From positions 2,521 to 66,520 of the forward strand of contig JACAAW010000004.1 of the NCBI GenBank assembly GCA_013377115.1: DNA of 64,000 nt, in the 5' to 3' direction. Positions 45,702 through 55,160 of this stretch are shown here, in pieces. The stretch is from Bacteroidota bacterium. Lineage in GTDB: Bacteria > Bacteroidota > Bacteroidia > Bacteroidales > CG2-30-32-10. Under the pieces are notes generated by a model. It was not told where the DNA came from. It did no database searches and worked only from the letters and a program-made list of their open reading frames with translations. The position numbers and the translations under genes are program-made. Within the stretch, counting starts at the first letter, position 1, and every line of letters begins with the position of its first letter.

Positions 45702-46784
45702 ATGCTGGATTACTCAAAATGTAAGATTGTAATTGTTGAAGACGAACCGGTTTATCTCGATTTTCTTAATTGTGCCGTTGAGGAACTATTTAGTAAAATT
45801 TCCATTTATAATTCCGATAATGGTGCTTTTGCATACTCTTTAATTAAAGAACATAAACCCGATTTGATAATAACAGATTGGGATTTACCTCAAATTGATG
45901 GAATAAAATTAACCGATAAAGTAAGAAAAACTGCTAGGATTTCTCATATCCCAGTAATAATGTTAACAGGAAAAAAGACTGATCCAGAGAATTTAAATTT
46001 CGCTTTTTCTCATGGAGTGTCTGATTTTATTACCAAGCCATTTAATAAAATTGAATTTTTCGCCAGAGTAAAATCTCAATTACTCCTTTCTAATTATCAT
46101 CAAACTATAAATAAACAGAAGGAAGAAATAAAAATTGAAAAAGAAAAATCTGAAATTCTATTAAAAAATATTCTTCCGGATAACGTAATTGAGGAATTAA
46201 AAAACCATCAAAACATTGAACCTAAAGAATATAATGATATTACCGTATTTTTCGCCGATATTGTGGATTTTTCCGCAATTTCAAAATCAATGAATATGAT
46301 TGATTTAATTGATGAGTTAAATGAATTGTTTTCTGAGTTTGACGAAATAATGAAACGAAATCATTGCGAACGCATCAAAACTGTTGGTGATGCCTATATT
46401 GCCGTTTCTGGAATGCAAATACCAAATAAAGACCATGCTTTGAATATTGTAAATGCTGCCTGCGAAATTGTTTCATTTGTAAACAAAAGAAATGTAGGTA
46501 AAAACATAAAATGGGAAATCAGAACAGGAATACATTCTGGTGATATTATTGGTGGCATTGTTGGAAAAACGAAATATATTTATGATATTTTTGGCGACAC
46601 GGTAAATATTACTTCTCGCCTTGAAAAATCGTCGAAACCAATGAAAATACTGTTATCTACCGAAACCTACCAACTTGTAAAAAATTCTGTTTTGGTAAAT
46701 AAACATATTACCATTAATGTAAAAGGAATTGGGGCCATTGATGCCTATTTCCTGAAAAATTGCACAAAAAACACCCTCCAATAA
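45702..46784 (+). CDS. Response regulator receiver fused to a class III adenylate cyclase
   Basis: REC (EDE, TDWDLP, FITKP); FADIVDF, IKTVGDAY, YDIFGDTVN..SR. Confidence 0.92.
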   Translation: MLDYSKCKIVIVEDEPVYLDFLNCAVEELFSKISIYNSDNGAFAYSLIKEHKPDLIITDWDLPQIDGIKLTDKVRKTARISHIPVIMLTGKKTDPENLNFAFSHGVSDFITKPFNKIEFFARVKSQLLLSNYHQTINKQKEEIKIEKEKSEILLKNILPDNVIEELKNHQNIEPKEYNDITVFFADIVDFSAISKSMNMIDLIDELNELFSEFDEIMKRNHCERIKTVGDAYIAVSGMQIPNKDHALNIVNAACEIVSFVNKRNVGKNIKWEIRTGIHSGDIIGGIVGKTKYIYDIFGDTVNITSRLEKSSKPMKILLSTETYQLVKNSVLVNKHITINVKGIGAIDAYFLKNCTKNTLQ

Positions 46785-46841
46785 AAAATCTAAACAAAGT
46801 TTTCTTTCAAACGGCAAAGCCTTTAACAACGAAATACCAGT

Positions 46842-47104
46842 GACACTGAGCATGGGACACTGACAGGAACGCTGAGAGGAACACTGAGCGGAGCCGAAGT
46901 GCCCACCAACGAAATATCAACGGTAGTTTCGACTCCGCTCAACCACCGGACATTATCAAATAACTCAACCGGTTGCTGAGACGGTTGCTGAGCCTGTCGA
47001 AGCACTGTCGAAGCACTGTCGAAGCAATATCGAAACACCGTCGAAACAATATCGAAGCATTGGCTCACAGCACTTTTCCACTTCTATAAGTTTGGTTGCT
47101 GAGC
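46842..47104. repeat. GC-rich REP-type cluster with tandem 11-12 bp expansions
   Basis: CTGAGCGGAGCCGAAG, TTCGACTCCGCTCAACC, GGTTGCTGAG x3, six 11-bp (CTGTCGAAGCA-like) units at 46994-47059. Confidence 0.8.
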
Positions 47105-47549
47105 CCAAAAATACCAAAAAAAACAAGGCCTTGGTTACAAAAAATTATTAAGACCTATTTATCAGTTTTTTTAAAAAAAATTTCAAAAAACGAAAAAAGT
47201 GACATTTGGCTCATTAAAATTTTATCAGAAAAATTAAAAAAAAATGATAATATTTTGCAAATAATCATTTAAACATTTTTTTCAGTTCACTTGCCATAAG
47301 ATTACCAATCCCATTTTAAACAATACTTTTAAGATCCTCATCGATAAATAACCATAAAAAATAAATATTTCCTAATGCAAGAAATTGCAAACGCAACACC
47401 TACGTGTTTCTTTCACCTGGGAAAAATCATGACAAGTATCACCTTTTTGACGACTAATAGGTGATTTACCTGCGAAAATTTGGTAAAATTTACGCTTGAT
47501 GCGACTTTTTTTCTATCGTATTTTTATAACGAACTAAAAAACTACAACT

Positions 47550-50500
47550 ATGAAAAAAATTTACACCAATCTTACAAAAGTATTTTATACTATATTAATG
47601 ATAGTATTCGTTTTTACTTTTTCTACTATTAGCAAGGAAGTTAAAGGGCAAACCGTCATAACAATATCAACAACTGGTTCTTGGACCGTGCCTATTGGAG
47701 TAACTTCAATAACTGTTTCTGTTTATGGAGCAGGTGGGGGAAGTGGTGGAGCAAAAGGAGCCACTAATGACAATGCAAGTGGCGGAGGTGGCGGAGGTGC
47801 TTGTGCTATTTCAAATTTAACTGTAAGTGCCGGGCAAGTTTACACTGTAACAATTGGTAATGGTGGAACAGCTGGTGCAAATACTGGAACAAATGGTGGC
47901 ACTGGAGGTACTTCCTCATTTGTTGGGACAGGAGGAACTGTTTCGGCAAATGGTGGCGGAGGTGGCGGAGGTGTCGCGGTTACAACTGGCGCAGCGGGAA
48001 CAGCTGGTTTAGGCGCAACCATTGGGGTAGGAACAACGATTAGATTTGGAGGAAATGGAACAACCGGTTTTAGAACTACCACAAATGAAGTTGGTGGTGC
48101 TGGAGGCGGAGGAGCTGGAAATGCTGGAAATGGAGGAAATGGTTCTGGTGCTACCGGTATTAATTCTACTGGCGGTGCTAGTGGACTTGGAAGTCCAACA
48201 GGAGCGCCTTTTGCTGGGGCTTTGGGGCAAGGAGCAACTCTTACAGCTGGCTCATTAGCAGGTGTGGCAGGTGTGGCTCCAGGTGGAGGCGCTGCAGGAT
48301 GTGCTACTTATACTACTGCTGCTGTAGGTGCTATTGGAGGAAAGGGCCAAGTAGTTATTACATATACCATTGCAACTCCTCCTTGTTCAGGCACACCAAA
48401 TTCAGGTACAGCAACCATTACTTCTTCCACAGGCTGCGCAAGCACTAATTTCACCTTAAATACTTCAGGCTTATCCACAGGTACAGGAATTAGTTATTTA
48501 TGGGAATCATCTCCAAATAATTCTACATGGTCAAGTACAGGTATTACAACAGCTTCTTATACCTCCTCAACTGCAACTACCATGTATTATCGTTTAAAAA
48601 CAACTTGTTCGGGTAGTGGATTAAGTAATTACACAAATGTTGTTTCGTATACTGTGGTAGCTTGTACTAATGTTCCCTCTACAGGTTCTAATTCCGTTGC
48701 CTGCGGAACAAATACTATGTTATATGATAATGGTGGTTCAGCTGGGAATTATATTGCCAGTTCAAATGGTTATACAGTTTTCAATAATACTTCAGGCTCA
48801 ACTGGTGTAATATCAATTTCTGGAACTTACGGTTATGTTGAAACAAATTATGATTATATTCGAATTTATAGTGGAGCAGGAACCGGTGGTACCTTATTAT
48901 ATACTTATTCAAATACTGCAGGTGGAACAATTACGCCATTTAGCAGTGCTGCAGGTGAAACAATTACAGTTCAATTTACCTCTGATGGTTCTGGACAAGG
49001 CGCAGGATTTGCAATTTTAGCAACGTATTCAGGTTCCTGTTCACCTCCTCCAGCAGCTTATCAAGCTTCTTTTACTGCCATGAACACTGGTTCGTCAACC
49101 TGGTGTGCTGGTGAAGTTAGAAATGTAACAGTTACAGTTACCAATACCGGTACTGCCACGTGGACAGATGCAGGTCCTGATATTAATATTGGTTGTAAAT
49201 GGAATGCAGAATCAGATTATTTTGTTAGAGCTGATGCAAATAATTTAGCTCCTGGCGCCTCGGCTACATATACATTTGCAATGACAGCACCATTAACCGC
49301 TGGTTCTGAAAATCTTTCCTTCAATGTTGTTTATGAAGGATGTTTCTGGTTTTCTGCTAATCCGGGTAGTATTTGTGGAACCACTTGTTCAGGAAATTCT
49401 GTTTATACTTCAGGCACTCAAACTATAAGTGCTTGCGAAAAGATTGTTCCCTCTTCTGGAAGCAATAGCTACACTCTCTGCAGTGGTAATTTATATGATT
49501 ATGGAGGATCAGCCGGTAACTATTCCGTGAGTACTGATGGATATACCGTTTTATATCCGAGTGTGGGTGGAAATGTGATTCAAATTGCTGGCTTAAGTAG
49601 TGCTGGAGAATCTTGTTGTGATTATGTTCAAGTGTATAATGGTGTTGGTACAGGTGGAACTTTACTTGGCACATATAACATGGGTACCGTTGTTCCTACA
49701 CTTACGTCTTCTGACGCAAGCGGAGCATTGACCATTAGATTTTATTCAGATGTATCTGTAGTAGGAGCAGGATTTAATATAGCGGTAAGCTGCGTAGCTC
49801 CATGTGTTACCCCAGGCACACCAGTAAGTTTATCTGGTTCGGCAACTGGCTCTTCAACGGCAAATATTGGATGGGCTGCCGGTTCACCAGCTGGGTCAGC
49901 AACTGTTTCTTATTACTGGACAGTATACACAGCAGGCGGAGTTGTTGTTACATCGGGAAATACAACCAGTACTTCGGCTGCAATTAGTGGTTTAACATGC
50001 AGCACTACTTATTATTTTACCGTTTATTCAAAAACCAGTTGTAATAATACCCAATCATCAGCAGCAACAAGTGGCAATTTTACAACCTCAGCAATGCCTT
50101 CGCCAACAGCGGTAACCGCAAATCCTGCAGCAATTACTTGCAGTGGATCTGCAAATTTAAATGCAACATCCTCTGGAAACACAATTAATTGGTATACGGC
50201 TTCAACAGGTGGAACTTCAATTGGAAGCAGCGCAAGTGGTGTTGATTTTTCTGTTTCACCAGCAAATACTACCACTTATTATGCTGAAGCAAATTCACCT
50301 ATTGTTTATTCAAATATTTTAGGGAATGCTGTTCATAATAACACTTTTTCAGGCTCTTATACTTTAGGATATTCATTCACTCCAAGTTCGAACTTAACAG
50401 TATCCGCAGTTCGCAGTTATTTTGGTTCAAAAGTAACAATTTGGGATAATACAGGTGTATTAATCACAAGCCAAGCAGTAAGTGGTGCAAGTGCAACATG

Positions 50501-53500
50501 GACACAAACTGCATTAGCAAGTCCAATAATATTGACAGCAGGTGTAACTTATAGAATTGGTATATTTACAAATGGTGGAAATTATTATTGGAATTCAACA
50601 CCAGCCAGTTCAATATTTACAAATGGTGTAATGAATGCAGCTTATGAATCATCTGGGGATGTATTTCCGACAGGTACCTCAACTCCACAATGGTGGTTAG
50701 TTGATATTGTTTATTCTGTTGGAACAGGATGTGTTTCATCACGTGTTCCAGTAAGTGTAACAGTAAACCCATTTTCAGCTCCTTCTTCAGCAACTGCAAG
50801 TTCATCAGCCATTTGTCCTGGAGGAACCTCGCAAATAAGTGCCATTTCTACTGGAAATACAATAAATTGGTACACAACATCAACTGGTGGCACTTCGATT
50901 GGTTCAAGCGCTAGTGGTGCAAATTATGCAGTAAGTCCTGGAGGAACAACCACTTATTATGCTGAGGCACAATCAATTTCAGCAGGAACTCAAACATTTA
51001 ATTATACTGGCAGTATTGTAAACTGGACTGTTCCAGCAGGAATTACTTCGGTAAATATCACTGCTAAGGGTGCTTCTGGTGGATATGTTTCTGGATCGAC
51101 GGCAGGAAATGGATCAACAATGTCAGGGACATTCGCAACAGTTCCAGGTCAAATTTTTTCAATTTTAGTTGGACAATCTCCTGGATTAACAACTTTATAT
51201 CCTGCTGGTGGCGGTGGAACATATGTTGGATTAGGTTCTTCTAATACAACTGCAACCCCATTAATTGTTGCTGGTGGTGGTGGTGCTGGTTATGGTGGCT
51301 ACACAGGATTAAGTGCTGGGATTACAGTTGATGCAACTGGAACTAGCCCTGGAACCGGAGGTAATGGTGCACCAGCTGGTGGTTGTACTGGTGGTGGCGG
51401 AGGATTTTATTCCTCTGGTGGAACGGACACATATTATGGATTTACTGGTGGTGCAGGTTTCCAACAAGGTGGAACTGGCGGACAAGCAAGTGTAACATAC
51501 ATCGCATCTTACCAAGTTGGTGGATTTGGCGGTGGAGCGCCTGCTGATTATGTAGGTTCTTGCAATCAATTCGCTGGAAATGGCGGCGGATATAATGGAG
51601 GTAGTGCTTTTTCTACTAGCACAGGTTATATTGGAAATGCGGGTGGTTCTTATAATGGAGGCACTTCTCAATCAAATACTGCCGGAAATAATGTTGGAAA
51701 CGGTCAAGTAATAATTACATGGAGCGGTGCTGGTGGATGTGTATCAGCAACAAGAACACCTGTTACAGTTACAATTAATCCTTTACCAGTAGTAACAACA
51801 CAACCAGCTGCAACTGCTATTTGCGAAAATGCGGCAGGTCAATTTACAGTGGCAACTTCCACATCTGGTTCTACTTACCAGTGGCAATATTCAGGAAACA
51901 ATAGTATCTGGACAAATACCAATGGCAATGCTGGTGTTACTGGTGATAATTCTGCAACATTATATTTAGATGCTCCTCCTGTTAGCTGGAATGGTTTATA
52001 CATGCATTGTATTATTACAAGTGCGGCAGGATGCTCTATAACATCAAACTCAGCAGTAATGACAATTAATCCATTACCCGTTGTTAATGCTGGCCTTGAC
52101 CAAACAATTTGTCCGGGAAACTCTGCTTTCATTAATGCAAGTCAATCTGTTGCAGGAACTGTTTCTTGGACCTCATCACCTGCTGGATTTACTTCATCAA
52201 TAATTAATCCATCGGTTTATCCAAATGTTACAACCACTTACACATTAACTTCAATACTTAATGGTTGTTCTGGTGCAGATCAAGTTGTGGTAAATGTAAA
52301 CAATCCTTCTATCTCAGCTCCTACTCCTTTAACAACGGGTGATTATGTATGGCATGGCAGTCAAACCAATGATTGGACCGCAATAAATGACTGGTTAGTT
52401 TATGATGGAAATAATTATGTTATTCCAGCTGCATTACCCAATGCAAATTCTAATGTATTTATCAGAGCGGCTAATGCTTCTTGTGGTGCAGCAAATCCTT
52501 GCACTACTCCAACACTTACAATTGATATTTGCAAAAATTTAACCATCGAAGCTGGTCAAACATTAACCTTAGGTGCTGGATCTACCTTAAATGTTTCTGG
52601 AAACTGGACAAATTATGGAACTCTTATTTCAACCACAGGAATTGTTAATTTCAATGGTACTCAAGCTCAAACAATTTTATCTGGTGGAAGTAATTTTTAT
52701 GATGCAATTTTCAATAATACAACATCAGGAAATTCAGATATTATATTAAGTGATTTAATGACCATTTCAAACACTGGAACCTTTAATAATGGAATTGTAA
52801 ACTTTATTAATTCAGGAGGATTAACCTTTACCGAAGGAGCTACATGCCCGAATGGAGGTTCTGCAACAAGTTTTGTCAATACGTCCGGCTCTAATTATGT
52901 CAGTAAGATTGGAACAAACGGATTTATTTTCCCGGTTGGCGAAATTTCTATTGCAGGACTTCCAATCTGGGCGCCAATTGAAATGACTGCTCCTGCTGCC
53001 TCATCAACAATAACTGCTGATTATAATTTTTCTGCTTCGCCTCATAATCTGGATCCTGCATTTATGTGCGATGCAAATATAATTACTCATACTAGCGGAA
53101 TTGAGCATTGGATGATGACAACTACTTTATCTACACCTGATTTAACGCTTTATTGGAAAGACGGCAACAGAAGTGGAATTAATTCCCTTACTGATTTAAA
53201 AGTTGCTCATTTCGAAGATTGTTCAGGAACAGATAAATGGGTGAGCAAAGGTGGAAATATTTCTGGAACTCTAACCAATGGCTATATTACAAGTACGATT
53301 CCATTTACAAACTATAGCCCGGTTACTTTTGGAAGTTTAACTACTCCTCTACCAATTTCTTTAAGCAAATTTACTGCTAACTGTTTCGAAAAAGGAGTTG
53401 ACGTAAACTGGACTACAGCAAGCGAAACGAACAATAATTATTTCACTATTGAACGCAGCACCGATGCAAATTCTTGGGAAATCATTGAAACAATTAATGG

Positions 53501-53909
53501 TGCTGGCAATAGCAATCATCCAATTAATTACTTATTCACTGACAGAAATTCAGTAAATGGAAAATCATATTATAGATTAAAACAAACTGATTTTGATGGA
53601 AAATTCACATATTCTACGGCAGCCGCAGTTGATTGCGGATCTGAATCTTCGGCAGAAATTATTGCTTATCCAAATCCTGCAGAACACAATGTTTATTTCC
53701 ATATTCTTTTACCTAAAAAGGAAAATGTGGTATTAAATATTTATGATGTAATTGGACAAAAAATTTATTCTGCTGAAATAAATGTTGATGGGGTTGTTAA
53801 TTACCAAGTAAATTTAGAGGAATTTGCTACAGGAAATTACAAATACTTGGTTATTGGCAAAACTCAAATTTTTAACGGACAGTTTGTGAAGGTGGGGGTT
53901 AACAAATAA
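47550..53909 (+). CDS. Giant modular T9SS-secreted adhesin-like protein (Gly-rich domains, CUB-like, FnIII, Ig-like, type-A CTD)
   Basis: Signal peptide; two Gly-rich blocks; DNGGS.GNY...F.SD CUB-like repeats; NWYT.STGG Ig repeats; PLPISLSKF...WTTASETNN...YPNP CTD region. Confidence 0.9.
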   Translation: MKKIYTNLTKVFYTILMIVFVFTFSTISKEVKGQTVITISTTGSWTVPIGVTSITVSVYGAGGGSGGAKGATNDNASGGGGGGACAISNLTVSAGQVYTVTIGNGGTAGANTGTNGGTGGTSSFVGTGGTVSANGGGGGGGVAVTTGAAGTAGLGATIGVGTTIRFGGNGTTGFRTTTNEVGGAGGGGAGNAGNGGNGSGATGINSTGGASGLGSPTGAPFAGALGQGATLTAGSLAGVAGVAPGGGAAGCATYTTAAVGAIGGKGQVVITYTIATPPCSGTPNSGTATITSSTGCASTNFTLNTSGLSTGTGISYLWESSPNNSTWSSTGITTASYTSSTATTMYYRLKTTCSGSGLSNYTNVVSYTVVACTNVPSTGSNSVACGTNTMLYDNGGSAGNYIASSNGYTVFNNTSGSTGVISISGTYGYVETNYDYIRIYSGAGTGGTLLYTYSNTAGGTITPFSSAAGETITVQFTSDGSGQGAGFAILATYSGSCSPPPAAYQASFTAMNTGSSTWCAGEVRNVTVTVTNTGTATWTDAGPDINIGCKWNAESDYFVRADANNLAPGASATYTFAMTAPLTAGSENLSFNVVYEGCFWFSANPGSICGTTCSGNSVYTSGTQTISACEKIVPSSGSNSYTLCSGNLYDYGGSAGNYSVSTDGYTVLYPSVGGNVIQIAGLSSAGESCCDYVQVYNGVGTGGTLLGTYNMGTVVPTLTSSDASGALTIRFYSDVSVVGAGFNIAVSCVAPCVTPGTPVSLSGSATGSSTANIGWAAGSPAGSATVSYYWTVYTAGGVVVTSGNTTSTSAAISGLTCSTTYYFTVYSKTSCNNTQSSAATSGNFTTSAMPSPTAVTANPAAITCSGSANLNATSSGNTINWYTASTGGTSIGSSASGVDFSVSPANTTTYYAEANSPIVYSNILGNAVHNNTFSGSYTLGYSFTPSSNLTVSAVRSYFGSKVTIWDNTGVLITSQAVSGASATWTQTALASPIILTAGVTYRIGIFTNGGNYYWNSTPASSIFTNGVMNAAYESSGDVFPTGTSTPQWWLVDIVYSVGTGCVSSRVPVSVTVNPFSAPSSATASSSAICPGGTSQISAISTGNTINWYTTSTGGTSIGSSASGANYAVSPGGTTTYYAEAQSISAGTQTFNYTGSIVNWTVPAGITSVNITAKGASGGYVSGSTAGNGSTMSGTFATVPGQIFSILVGQSPGLTTLYPAGGGGTYVGLGSSNTTATPLIVAGGGGAGYGGYTGLSAGITVDATGTSPGTGGNGAPAGGCTGGGGGFYSSGGTDTYYGFTGGAGFQQGGTGGQASVTYIASYQVGGFGGGAPADYVGSCNQFAGNGGGYNGGSAFSTSTGYIGNAGGSYNGGTSQSNTAGNNVGNGQVIITWSGAGGCVSATRTPVTVTINPLPVVTTQPAATAICENAAGQFTVATSTSGSTYQWQYSGNNSIWTNTNGNAGVTGDNSATLYLDAPPVSWNGLYMHCIITSAAGCSITSNSAVMTINPLPVVNAGLDQTICPGNSAFINASQSVAGTVSWTSSPAGFTSSIINPSVYPNVTTTYTLTSILNGCSGADQVVVNVNNPSISAPTPLTTGDYVWHGSQTNDWTAINDWLVYDGNNYVIPAALPNANSNVFIRAANASCGAANPCTTPTLTIDICKNLTIEAGQTLTLGAGSTLNVSGNWTNYGTLISTTGIVNFNGTQAQTILSGGSNFYDAIFNNTTSGNSDIILSDLMTISNTGTFNNGIVNFINSGGLTFTEGATCPNGGSATSFVNTSGSNYVSKIGTNGFIFPVGEISIAGLPIWAPIEMTAPAASSTITADYNFSASPHNLDPAFMCDANIITHTSGIEHWMMTTTLSTPDLTLYWKDGNRSGINSLTDLKVAHFEDCSGTDKWVSKGGNISGTLTNGYITSTIPFTNYSPVTFGSLTTPLPISLSKFTANCFEKGVDVNWTTASETNNNYFTIERSTDANSWEIIETINGAGNSNHPINYLFTDRNSVNGKSYYRLKQTDFDGKFTYSTAAAVDCGSESSAEIIAYPNPAEHNVYFHILLPKKENVVLNIYDVIGQKIYSAEINVDGVVNYQVNLEEFATGNYKYLVIGKTQIFNGQFVKVGVNK

Positions 53910-53923
53910 TGCAATTAATTGAA

Positions 53924-53969
53924 AATAATGGGAAGCTTTTTATTGGTTTAAAACTTCCTATTATTTTCT
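53924..53969 (+). terminator. Candidate terminator hairpin after adhesin 1
   Basis: AATAATGGGAAG...CTTCCTATTATT then T run. Confidence 0.55.
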
Positions 53970-53993
53970 TTTAAAATTAGTAAATATCAATCT

Positions 53994-54191
53994 ATGAAAA
54001 ATTTCAAAAAAGAATTAGTAATAAATAAATTTATTACTGGACATTTTCAGGAAAAAAAACAAAAAATCGAAATAATTGTACCACATATGGAAACGCATAT
54101 GAATTTCTACAAGCAAAATTCCTACAAGGAAAGCATTGTAGATATTAAATACATTGAGAATTCACAAAATAAAATCATTGCTTTTTTATAA
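53994..54191 (+). CDS. Small hypothetical protein
   Basis: ATG ORF with A-rich leader; no recognisable motif. Confidence 0.35.
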   Translation: MKNFKKELVINKFITGHFQEKKQKIEIIVPHMETHMNFYKQNSYKESIVDIKYIENSQNKIIAFL

Positions 54192-54218
54192 AGCAATGGC
54201 AATAAACCACACCACAAA

Positions 54219-54587
54219 ATGACAGAAAAATTTTTCAACAAAGAGGAAGGTATCCTATATTTTAAAGTAAGGGGTGATGTAACATTTGAAAAGATGATTG
54301 AAAATGTTGAATCATTAGGAAATGACTCGACATTACCAAAAAAATTGAAAATATTAGAAGATTCCAGATTAACAAAAGATTCAAACTTAAAGGTGGAAGA
54401 ATTACCAGCAATTGCAGAAAAGTTGCAAGAATACCTTGGAGATTTTCATTCTATTCGTCATGCTGTTGTGCATGAATCGGCAATAAACACTGCAATAGCA
54501 ATGGTATTTAATAAACTTTTCAGTTACAAAAATTATGAAATAAATGTGTTCTCAACTATTGAGGGGGCTAAGACTTGGTTGGGTTAA
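54219..54587 (+). CDS. STAS/SEC14 (SpoIIAA-like) small protein
   Basis: Family-like pattern: G.VT...M, ILEDSR, HAVV, F...E.AK.WL ending. Confidence 0.6.
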   Translation: MTEKFFNKEEGILYFKVRGDVTFEKMIENVESLGNDSTLPKKLKILEDSRLTKDSNLKVEELPAIAEKLQEYLGDFHSIRHAVVHESAINTAIAMVFNKLFSYKNYEINVFSTIEGAKTWLG

Positions 54588-55160
54588 TAAAAATAGGGAA
54601 TAATTTTCACTAAATGGAAACTGAATCAGCAAAAAAGCAAAAAAATTCGATAACAGAAAAAATTAGCCTGATCGAAAAATTGGGAAAAAAAGAATGTTTT
54701 TTCCTTTTGCTAATGTTTTTGGCAATTTTGCTAATAGCATTAGTTTCTTTTTGAAATTAAAAGAATATTTTCTCATTAAAAAAACAGGCTGTTTTGAATT
54801 TTTCAACCAATCATTTTCATAGGATAAACTCAAAGATTTTTTATTAATATCTAGAATTCAATTCTAAATATTTTATTGTTTTTTTTAAAACAAGGAAAAA
54901 AATGACGAAATAGTATTTTTTTAAACTAGGCTAAAACACCTGGAAAAAAAAATCCACCTGTTTTCACATATTTTTCTTCATATTACGAAAAATAAATTTC
55001 GGCAGCACATTTCCTCAACCAATCCGACTTTTTCTCAAATCCCACAATCCAACAAAATCAACCACAATAAGTATTACACCTACGGAAATTAAGGTATATC
55101 GCCTGTTGTCTCCAAATTAGCAACTTGCTAATTTTAGGAACGAAATTTAATATTAAAAAA

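Noticed and set aside
46994-47059. Possible CRISPR array
   Set aside because: Units are 11 bp, directly adjacent with no spacers, and no cas genes are present
46823-47068. 81-aa minus-strand ORF
   Set aside because: Translation of the REP/minisatellite repeats, not a credible gene
47840-52879. Short alternative-frame and antisense ORFs inside adhesin 1, including Pro-rich ones
   Set aside because: Mirror of GGT/GGA Gly codons; no independent signals
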